Source: a virus (lineage: Duplodnaviria > Caudoviricetes). From it: 64,000 nucleotides of DNA. Below the pieces are notes generated by a model that was not told where the DNA came from, did not search any database, and worked only from the letters and a program-made list of their open reading frames with translations. Below are positions 1-7,246 of this stretch, one piece after another. Position 1 is the first letter of the stretch; every line of letters starts with the position of its first letter. The position numbers and the translations under genes were made by a program. The stretch covers positions 1 to 64,000 of the IMG/VR virus record IMGVR_UViG_2609460327_000001. The stretch is one strand, 5' to 3'.

Positions 1-10
1 TTTTTATTTA

Positions 11-157
11 TTAAGATCCCCAGCCGAAAGCAAGAGGCCTAACTAGTGTATCCTCTTTATATACAACTGGTTCCACACATTCTGCAGCGCTTGCAGCGCC
101 TGCAGTTGCGCTAAGAACCCCTAATGTTAGCAATGCTGATAGAAACAACTTTTTCAT
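11..157 (-). CDS. Secreted signalling propeptide, 48 aa (AloP/AimP-like): MKKLFLSALLTLGVLSATAGAASAAECVEPVVYKEDTLVRPLAFGWGS
   Basis: Translated by hand (below ORF-track cut-off); GGGAG RBS; Sec signal with A-S-A cleavage site; Gly-containing C-terminus AFGWGS; overlaps the 3' end of the receptor gene. Confidence 0.8.
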   Translation of the reverse strand: MKKLFLSALLTLGVLSATAGAASAAECVEPVVYKEDTLVRPLAFGWGS

Positions 158-944
158 GCCTAATCGCTCCCTTTATTATGCGGTTAAATGCCTTCTCTTG
201 ACGACTGTCTGCGTGATCTTTGAGGGTTTCAAAAAGATGAACACATTCCTCAAAGTCTGCTACGTTCTTCATTTTATCAGCTAATGAGAGTGCGCGCAAG
301 AGGTTTTCTAAACAAAAATGTAACTCATTACATTTTTGTTTGTAAAGGGACAATTGACGGAAATATCTGTACTGATAGGACATATTCACTACACCAAGTG
401 TCTTATCATTTTTCCAGAAATCTTCGGGTATACGATCTAACACATGATCAATATTCATACTGTTCATGTTTGCAGCTTCAAGCATTGTGACCAAGCCAGC
501 TAAGGCTTCTTCAGGATTCTCTAATATATAATCAGCAATTCGATCTAGCGCTTCTTCTTTTCCCATAAGTAGCTCTGCCGCGATCACATTAATCTCAGAA
601 AGTTTTGTCCAGTGGTTTATCCATTTTATATCTTCTGCAGTAGGAGATATAATGGATGACCAATCACTATATTTAAGTGCCCATTCTCTGGCTTTCGGGT
701 AATCGCATTTATACTCATAGACTGTTCCAATGGCCATATAAGCAAAACCATAATAATAAACTAGACTTCTCTCTGCTTGATTAAAATTAACACCAGTCAT
801 TTTTGTAATATTATCAATAACATTAGTTTTCTCTATAAGCGATTCAGCTAAAAGTAGGATTTTATCCCAGTCACCGAAAGAAAAAGTATTCTTTAGCTTG
901 CTTATAAGAGAATCCAAATCACTGGCATCAATATTCTTAATCAT
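111..944 (-). CDS. RRNPP-family TPR peptide receptor (AloR/AimR-like), no N-terminal HTH
   Basis: Helical TPR-like sequence with ERSLVYYYGFAY...YSDWS motif as in Paenibacillus RRNPP proteins; adjacent propeptide; ATG 944 has a GAGGGGAG RBS (ORF open to 971). Confidence 0.7.
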   Translation of the reverse strand: MIKNIDASDLDSLISKLKNTFSFGDWDKILLLAESLIEKTNVIDNITKMTGVNFNQAERSLVYYYGFAYMAIGTVYEYKCDYPKAREWALKYSDWSSIISPTAEDIKWINHWTKLSEINVIAAELLMGKEEALDRIADYILENPEEALAGLVTMLEAANMNSMNIDHVLDRIPEDFWKNDKTLGVVNMSYQYRYFRQLSLYKQKCNELHFCLENLLRALSLADKMKNVADFEECVHLFETLKDHADSRQEKAFNRIIKGAIRHEKVVSISIANIRGS

Positions 945-1007
945 TTCTAATCTCCCCTCGTCAATTCTCAACAGTAAGAATAAAACTATTTTTCTGAAAT
1001 GGCAAGA

Positions 1008-1241
1008 TTATTTTTTCACAATATCGGTAAGATTGGTACGAATTAGTACAGAATAATCATTTGGCTCATCAAGTAATACCTGAATGGGAAAATATTCATT
1101 TTTAAAAAGAGTCTTTTGATCTATATAATTTACATATCCAAATTGTTCGATTGAGGGTATTAAGACCCGATCTCCTAACTTGGGAAAGTAGACCTCCGGC
1201 TTATTATTTTGTTGATCAGCAAAATCAAAAAGATCCATCAA
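1008..1241 (-). CDS. Hypothetical protein (SH3/KOW-like)
   Basis: AAGGAG RBS; LGDRVLI..FGYV pattern. Confidence 0.65.
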   Translation of the reverse strand: MMDLFDFADQQNNKPEVYFPKLGDRVLIPSIEQFGYVNYIDQKTLFKNEYFPIQVLLDEPNDYSVLIRTNLTDIVKK

Positions 1242-1289
1242 CTCAGCTCCTTCAATATAAAAAAAGCCGACTTATTTGGCGGCTTCATC

Positions 1290-1577
1290 TTAAGATATAA
1301 TCGAGCGAACCATCCGTTGCTCTTTTATGAATACGGGGTCTACCACTGGACGGAAGAAAACTCCACAAAAGCGACAGACGATTTGACTATTTAGAAATAC
1401 AATACCATCTTGCGAAACGGCAATATTATCTTCATCGTGATCGCATACTGGACAAGGTATACGAAAACTATGGACTTCCGTCAATTCGTTAATACCCATA
1501 TCGGGAATCCGTGTTTGCCTGGATGATTTATATGTGGCTAATTTTCCATTACGTAGCCTAATCTCAGGCTTACTCAT
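1290..1577 (-). CDS. Zinc-ribbon hypothetical protein
   Basis: CPVC...CRFC; GGGGG RBS. Confidence 0.7.
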   Translation of the reverse strand: MSKPEIRLRNGKLATYKSSRQTRIPDMGINELTEVHSFRIPCPVCDHDEDNIAVSQDGIVFLNSQIVCRFCGVFFRPVVDPVFIKEQRMVRSIIS

Positions 1578-1594
1578 TGGACGCCCCCTTTAAA

Positions 1595-1810
1595 CTATGT
1601 ACGCCGGTCTTTACCGCTTACCCGACTGCAGATCACCTGTGAGCCTCGGAAAGTTTTCGTTAGGGATATTAAGCCTTGGCCTTTCGGCATATAGGATTTA
1701 AAGATAGTCTTCAGACACCCAAGTACTCGATGCCTGAAGATCCTACCTGAAATTGATAGTAAGCTCTACCCTCGTCCAATCCATTGAGGCTTAATCTGCC
1801 CCACAAAATT
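1595..1810 (-). ncRNA. Candidate structured RNA (about 215 nt)
   Basis: No ORF; nested stems ATTAAGCCT/AGGCTTAAT, TAGGAT/ATCCTA, TCTTCAGGCATC/GGTGTCTGAAGA, GCC-GAAA-GGC. Confidence 0.45.
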
Positions 1811-1813
1811 CTC

Positions 1814-2039
1814 CATTTAACATACAAGCTGCAGGTCTTTAAGCATTTAAGATGAAAGGTGTTTTCACGATCATGAACTTTACTGTTCAAGCATCCACCC
1901 GATCCGATAAACGGAAACTTAAAGCAACCGATTCGAGAATCCTACCCTGCACATTGGCACTTGTTTCACCTGATCCTGTGAGAATTGAACGCTAAGAAGG
2001 TTCAAAGCTGATCTACGGTCTTTACTTGTATGTTAAATG
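1814..2039 (-). ncRNA. Candidate structured RNA closed by a perfect 15-bp terminal stem
   Basis: 1814-1828 CATTTAACATACAAG is the exact reverse complement of 2025-2039. Confidence 0.55.
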
Positions 2040-2043
2040 CAGA

Positions 2044-2118
2044 AGCCGGAAACGGGAATCGAACCTCTGATCTCTCGTATGGGTTTATACGATCGCTCTA
2101 CCGTTAAGCTATTCCGGA
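2044..2118 (-). tRNA. Degenerate tRNA-like gene with an abnormal anticodon arm (undetermined isotype)
   Basis: CCGGAA/TTCCGG acceptor, TAGCTT-AACGGTA-GAGC D arm, GGTTCGATTCC T loop; 6-bp anticodon stem with 6-nt loop AAACCC; T stem mismatched. Confidence 0.55.
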
Positions 2119-2124
2119 CACAAT

Positions 2125-2369
2125 CTATGTAGCGCACTGAAAGTCACCAAGGTCTCTGCGTTTCGTGTGACTTACTGCTGTCGCAAAGCAAGGGATGCAA
2201 ACGGAGCCGAAACACTCCAGCTTATGATGCCGGCAAGCCACGCGTTGCCGGTCATTTAAGCTGCCCGTTTCTAATCCACTGTTTATCCTATCAGATTCGA
2301 TACAAGACCAGTCTACCCGCCTCAGCGTGGCTTACGGAACCGGACAAGATCATCAGTGCGCCTACATAG
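2125..2369 (-). ncRNA. Candidate multi-branched RNA (about 245 nt)
   Basis: 16-bp terminal stem 2125-2140/2353-2369 (1 bulge); internal hairpins at 2141-2173 and 2218-2263. Confidence 0.6.
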
Positions 2370-2393
2370 CTAAATAAGTGAATCATACTGTAA

Positions 2394-2465
2394 CGCCACC
2401 ACATCGGAATCGAACCGCATTTCATGATTATCAGTCATGTGCTTTCCCTGATAAGCTATCATGGC
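2394..2465 (-). tRNA. tRNA-Ile(GAT)-like, degenerate
   Basis: GCCATGA-TA-GCTT..AAGC-A-CATGA-CT-GAT-AA-TCATG..GGTTCGATTCC..TGGTGGC; perfect anticodon arm, imperfect T stem, no encoded CCA. Confidence 0.7.
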
Positions 2466-2471
2466 AGACTC

Positions 2472-2895
2472 ACATACAGTATGATCATGACAACCCTCAT
2501 CCACCCCTAGGTTGTCGCGGAGGGCCCACCTGTTGCCTCTCTTCATCGCCTTTTGTTACAGGTTCGGTCCTGGCTGTTGTTTACGTCAGTTTTTGCATAC
2601 TGCCGTCTGTTTTTTGAATAGTCCATCCAGGATACCGTCCTCAGTGTTCGGCTCTGCAGCGCCTACAAACCTACTAACGAATAACTCCAGACTTCCTACG
2701 GCTGAATCAGATAACCTACCCTTTATAATTCTTTGATGAGGGGAAAAAAAGGGTGAATAAAAGACCCTCAATCGACATACGATCCAGCATACTTGCTCAT
2801 TTAACAGCTTCCCATAAGTTCCGCTGACTGCCAAAGCCAAATAGATCGAATCCGTTTATCTTCGGATGCTCTGCGTAAAGACGCGGATCATATGT
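2472..2895 (-). ncRNA. Candidate large structured RNA (about 420 nt)
   Basis: No credible ORF; terminal ATGATC/GATCAT pairing; several internal hairpins (2488-2517, 2565-2637, 2850-2886). Confidence 0.4.
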
Positions 2896-2906
2896 CCATT
2901 GAGAGC

Positions 2907-3020
2907 AAGAATGTGGGCAAGGGCCACTCTCCCTTGCACTGACTAGGTTATGCTTGTATTTACAGGCACGCGGTCCTCATCTTACCGCTATTAGCGTCTC
3001 TCTTCCGCCACCACATTCTT
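2907..3020 (-). ncRNA. tRNA-mimic RNA (Leu-type D arm, non-canonical T arm, expanded centre)
   Basis: 10-bp terminal stem AAGAATGTGG/CCACATTCTT; TGGCGGAA..GACGC D-arm word; 7-bp stem plus 7-nt loop GCAAGGG-AGAGTGG-CCCTTGC. Confidence 0.55.
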
Positions 3021-3023
3021 ATA

Positions 3024-3266
3024 TCATGCATCAAATTGCTTTGTTGCAATATTGGATTGTAAAAATGAATTAAAGACTGCATTCTTCGTTTCACGGAGCC
3101 AGCGTATATAAGCCACATTGTCTGCGCCATAATAGCCAATCCGATTTATCTGTGGAACCTTTTCTTCAAACTCTTTCCAGAGCTGAATATGCTGTTCTGG
3201 AAATTCCGAAGCGAATGCATTTGTTGCAAATATTGAACGCTGAACGTCCAAGTTCATGTGCTTCAA
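3024..3266 (-). CDS. Hypothetical protein
   Basis: ORF on the coding strand, overlaps the upstream stop. Confidence 0.65.
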   Translation of the reverse strand: MKHMNLDVQRSIFATNAFASEFPEQHIQLWKEFEEKVPQINRIGYYGADNVAYIRWLRETKNAVFNSFLQSNIATKQFDA

Positions 3267-3481
3267 ATCCCTTCAAATTCAAATGCCATTTGATTCTCTT
3301 CATTATGCCAGATGTGCTGTATGCGGCCCTCTTCTACAACATAAACCTTGTTGTCGAAATCATAAGCCCCGTCAGCTGCCTGAACACTATCACCCGAATT
3401 ATATCCGGTGAAATTAAAAAAAGGAATCACACTGCCTGCTGGTTTCATTGCATACATATCTTCAACTGTCATTGCTGTCAT
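3263..3481 (-). CDS. Hypothetical protein
   Basis: ATG 3481 with GGGGG RBS, downstream of a promoter. Confidence 0.65.
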   Translation of the reverse strand: MTAMTVEDMYAMKPAGSVIPFFNFTGYNSGDSVQAADGAYDFDNKVYVVEEGRIQHIWHNEENQMAFEFEGI

Positions 3482-3510
3482 CGTTATTAGCCCCCTATTT
3501 AGTGTGAGCT

Positions 3511-3558
3511 TGTAACGCATTACATTTTGAATTATAACACGTTACAAGCTAAAATCAA
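3511..3558 (-). promoter_or_regulatory. Sigma-A-like promoter with two 14-bp palindromic operators
   Basis: TTGATT-16-TATAAT with extended -10 TG; operators at 3511-3524 and 3533-3546. Confidence 0.65.
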
Positions 3559-3580
3559 GCGTTATTTTGAGATAAATTGA

Positions 3581-4918
3581 TTAAGCTGCCCCTTCTTGGC
3601 TTTCAGTATCCTCAGAGGCCTGCTCAGCGTATCCATCTGCACGATCAGCAAAAGGATCTCCCTCTCCATCGCTATAGTCAGGCATGAAGTTTTCGATTCC
3701 TGTGGAACTATCAAGTCTATGCTTCACAGGCACAACGACATTTACATTCCCTTCAAGCGCATTGGTTTCTCTTAAGAGGAAAGGCAGACCTGTCGTAATC
3801 TTAATTTCCACATGAGCGGTTCCGCTAATCTTGTTCAAAGACTCAAGCAGATAGCGGCCATTCATTGTGGATGTAGCAAATTCACCTTCGCCTTTAAGTG
3901 TTGTCATATCTTCCAACATTGTACCTTCATCACTATCCAATGATTGAATACGCATCTGGTTCTTTTCACCATCAATCATGAGCGTTATTTTAGAAGAACC
4001 AGAGTCATCTAAGAAGATGGCTGCTCGCTTGACCGCACCTAAAAACTCGGAATTAGGAACCGTAACACTAGCCTTAGCTCCAGTAGGAATAATTCGATTT
4101 GTATCAGGATATGTGCCTTCTAATACTTGAGAATAAAGAACAGTATCGTTCATGTCATATATCACACGAGTATCTTTGACGGTAACTTTGATAGTGTCCG
4201 ACTTCTTTTCCTTTAGATGCTTCATAACCTCATTGATTGTTATTGCTGGAACACTGACACGCATTGGTTCGCATTCAATAGCTGTCGGGTGATAAACCTG
4301 TGCGAATCGATGCCGATCCGTTGCAACGCAGCGAAATCTTTGGTCTTCGATGTCATGCAAGACGCCTTGCAAGACAGGCATGCTCTGCAATTTAGAAGTT
4401 GCAAACACTGTGCGGCTGTACATATCCAGAAGGGCGTCAGCAGCGATTTCGAAAGTATTGCCTTTCTTGATCTTAGGCAATGCTGGAAACTCGTCTGAAT
4501 CTTGGATTCCAATATCCATATTGGCACGACCTGATTTGATCCGGATGTGGCTATCTCGAATAAAGATGGTCGTGTTCTTCCCGCTCATTTTACTGATAAT
4601 ATCCAGAAAACGCTTTGCTGGAAACAAAACGGATCTAGGATCATCTTCAATCACGCAATGCGCCGGATCAATTGTTGTCTCTACAGAATAGCTGTCGTTT
4701 TCAGCTCGTAAGATAACTTCATTATTGGTAATAGCAAAGAATATGTTGCGCAATACAAGGTTCGCATGGTTGTGGTTTACAATCGATGCCGCTCGCTTCA
4801 CTGCTTTTAAGAGCTCAGCCGTTTTAATTGTGATTTTTCTTACTTTATTTGCATCATCGGCCAGCTGCAGGTCAACCTTCTTATCTAATTCAATATCATG
4901 TGTAAGTGTCATAGTCAT
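3581..4918 (-). CDS. dnaN: DNA polymerase III beta sliding clamp
   Basis: DEFPALP, VATDRHR, LEGTYPD and NGRYLLE motifs; extra acidic C-terminal tail. Confidence 0.9.
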   Translation of the reverse strand: MTMTLTHDIELDKKVDLQLADDANKVRKITIKTAELLKAVKRAASIVNHNHANLVLRNIFFAITNNEVILRAENDSYSVETTIDPAHCVIEDDPRSVLFPAKRFLDIISKMSGKNTTIFIRDSHIRIKSGRANMDIGIQDSDEFPALPKIKKGNTFEIAADALLDMYSRTVFATSKLQSMPVLQGVLHDIEDQRFRCVATDRHRFAQVYHPTAIECEPMRVSVPAITINEVMKHLKEKKSDTIKVTVKDTRVIYDMNDTVLYSQVLEGTYPDTNRIIPTGAKASVTVPNSEFLGAVKRAAIFLDDSGSSKITLMIDGEKNQMRIQSLDSDEGTMLEDMTTLKGEGEFATSTMNGRYLLESLNKISGTAHVEIKITTGLPFLLRETNALEGNVNVVVPVKHRLDSSTGIENFMPDYSDGEGDPFADRADGYAEQASEDTESQEGAA

Positions 4919-4953
4919 TTTCAAGCCTCCGTTAATTTATTTTCCGTTAAATC

Positions 4954-4983
4954 CAAAAAGCCCCTGCCGTCGTAAGACGGCCT
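4954..4983 (-). repeat. Hairpin-box junction element, copy 1
   Basis: GCCGTC-TTAC-GACGGC-AGGGGCTTTTTG. Confidence 0.75.
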
Positions 4984-5289
4984 CTACCCAATGATGTTTG
5001 TTAGAATACCGAACGGAGAAACATGTTTAATGGCTCCTGCGGGAATTTTTGCTCCTTCTTGTAGAAGCATTTCTTCAAAAGCAGAAAGCATGCCTTCATT
5101 AACACGCTCGCTCATTGCAATTTCGCTACGCATAAAACCAAACAGGGAGAAGTCATCAGACACTGCCGAAAATGGAACAAAACCTTCGTTTTGACCATAT
5201 GGGAATGTATCAATTAGATTTTGAAGCTGATCTTGAGAAATCACTGCTTGTTTTTCTAGTTTTTGTACTACCAATTCAGGGTTAGACAT
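4984..5289 (-). CDS. Hypothetical protein
   Basis: GGAGG RBS. Confidence 0.7.
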   Translation of the reverse strand: MSNPELVVQKLEKQAVISQDQLQNLIDTFPYGQNEGFVPFSAVSDDFSLFGFMRSEIAMSERVNEGMLSAFEEMLLQEGAKIPAGAIKHVSPFGILTNIIG

Positions 5290-5321
5290 AATAAAATTCC
5301 TCCAATAAGTTAGTTTGTTTA

Positions 5322-6215
5322 TTATACAGGGGCAGTTGCCCAGTCTAAGTCAAATGCAAGTTGCCCTTCAAGAACTTTCTTGCCAGGTGTTGCAGGAACA
5401 AGAGAAATCGTTTTGCTTTGCTCAAAGCCCTTAAGCCATTGTGGATGGAAGGCATACCATGGAGCATACCAGTACGTCTGAATCTTGCAGAGCTTCACGG
5501 CGATCTGGCTGATATCTTGGGCAATCATTCGAAGAGTATGGTTTGATGCTGGAAGTATAGTAGCTCCGCATCCCACGCAGCCATCGTATACAGTCTGGCG
5601 TTTTTCCTCTTCAGGATCTCCACCCATCGTCATTTGTGTCATCATACACGTTATATTGAATGGCGTAGGAAAGTAGCCTAATCCAGACTTATATCCTTTA
5701 CCAGTTTCTTCTGAGAGCGTGTGAGACAAGTAATCGGTCGGATAATTTTGAACTAAAAATATATCGAACTCTCGATAGTAATGCTCATTCAGTTCAGGTG
5801 ATATCTTGAGCGTTTGATTTTCCGGTGAAGCCGCCAGCCCCCACATAAGCCAATCTGCAAAGTGATCGATCGTTGATTCGTGATGATCAAGGCATTTGCG
5901 CAGCATCTTTTGAGTTTCTTCGACACCTTCTCCACCTCGTTCTTTCCATTCAATTTGAGGGATCGGTCCGCTACCTTTGATCGTTTTCTTCTGCAATATC
6001 TCATGCCAGTAGTTCCATCTACCCCAAAGCAAATCATCATAGGAGAATAGGAATGGCAAAAGCCACCCCCTCTTCTCAAATACTTCCGAATGATTACTTG
6101 GAAGACCGCTTATCGCCTTGGCATATTCATAAATGCTAGATTGCATTTTCATGAGCTGCTCCGGAAGAAAACGATCAATTTGATATAGGTCCTGGCGCTT
6201 CTTGGCTTTTGCCAT
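5322..6215 (-). CDS. N6-adenine DNA methyltransferase-like protein (SAM-binding half only)
   Basis: GYFPTP and YDGCVGCG motifs; no NPPY/F. Confidence 0.7.
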   Translation of the reverse strand: MAKAKKRQDLYQIDRFLPEQLMKMQSSIYEYAKAISGLPSNHSEVFEKRGWLLPFLFSYDDLLWGRWNYWHEILQKKTIKGSGPIPQIEWKERGGEGVEETQKMLRKCLDHHESTIDHFADWLMWGLAASPENQTLKISPELNEHYYREFDIFLVQNYPTDYLSHTLSEETGKGYKSGLGYFPTPFNITCMMTQMTMGGDPEEEKRQTVYDGCVGCGATILPASNHTLRMIAQDISQIAVKLCKIQTYWYAPWYAFHPQWLKGFEQSKTISLVPATPGKKVLEGQLAFDLDWATAPV

Positions 6216-6227
6216 CCAAGATTCCCC

Positions 6228-6461
6228 CTATTCAATTGTTCTTTTATAATATATTATCGAAAACAGCAGAAAGCCGAACCGAATAAGTCTCGGTCTTCTA
6301 TCTATCCTCGGCAGCCAAAATATAGGCTTGGCACATTCAAATGCAACGGCATGTGCTTTATTATTGGCTGTGAACCATATTTCCACAGACCCCTTATTCT
6401 TGTTCACCCAAGGCTTAAACCTCTGTCTGATCCATCTTTTTGTCTTGATTTGCATCAGCAT
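6228..6461 (-). CDS. Hypothetical basic protein
   Basis: GAGGAGG RBS. Confidence 0.55.
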   Translation of the reverse strand: MLMQIKTKRWIRQRFKPWVNKNKGSVEIWFTANNKAHAVAFECAKPIFWLPRIDRRPRLIRFGFLLFSIIYYKRTIE

Positions 6462-6588
6462 TTTTCTTCCTCCTCTTCATTACCGGTATATAAATACTTG
6501 CATGAATCCGAGCAGAAGTTTTTATGCTTACGTCTCGTGATTTCATCTTCGCAATGAAGACATTTCTTTAATAAAACTGCTTCCATAT

Positions 6589-7062
6589 TTATGCTGTCTC
6601 CACCGTATCTTCATTATGGATGATCTCATAGGATCCATCCGGTTCCCGTTTCCATATCGTTGCATCATCTATTTCAGGATCGAAAGGCTCTTCAGAATAA
6701 TGCTCACGAAGGTGCTTCATGGCTTCTTCTTTAGTTTCGAATTTCGAAACATGGTCTACAATGCCGCCAGCGAGATAAACATTAATGAAGTCCCCATCAT
6801 AGATAGGATTAGATACATCGGCGCCTTCCAAAGGAATAGCATACCATTTACCTTTTTCGATATACTCGGATAACTCAGAAAATGAACACTTATACTCCTG
6901 CTCATGTTTGAGCTGCCATGGATAAAAACAGTGGGCAGCATAGTTATTATTGTCCTCATCTTGCAGGACAGCGACTATTGTTTTACCGTCTTCCCTCATC
7001 GTTCGAAAAGCCTCATAAACAGAACAGCGAACTGCTCCATCTGGAATTTTTACATTTGACAT
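6589..7062 (-). CDS. Hypothetical protein
   Basis: AGGAG RBS, 157 aa. Confidence 0.7.
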   Translation of the reverse strand: MSNVKIPDGAVRCSVYEAFRTMREDGKTIVAVLQDEDNNNYAAHCFYPWQLKHEQEYKCSFSELSEYIEKGKWYAIPLEGADVSNPIYDGDFINVYLAGGIVDHVSKFETKEEAMKHLREHYSEEPFDPEIDDATIWKREPDGSYEIIHNEDTVETA

Positions 7063-7246
7063 TTAGTAGCAACTCCTTTTTTTGCTAAGCAGCGAAATAT
7101 TTTAATCGACAGGTAAAACAATAATATTTCTTTATATATTCGTAGTAGTATTCAGACCTGCCGCATTCGACGCAGCGAACGCGGCACATCCAAATATTAT
7201 TAATTAAATATTTCTTCTCAAGGTAGCTCTGCATTAGATCCATAGT

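Noticed and set aside
2000-2400. Theta/HDV-like ribozymes after the tRNAs
   Set aside because: Could not thread the nested double pseudoknot at either tRNA 3' end
2630-2650. CTGAGGA (hammerhead CUGANGA core) on the minus strand
   Set aside because: No correctly placed GAAA and three-stem junction found
2378-2840. Short ORFs inside the ncRNA cluster
   Set aside because: No RBS, atypical composition, overlap tRNA-like and stem structures
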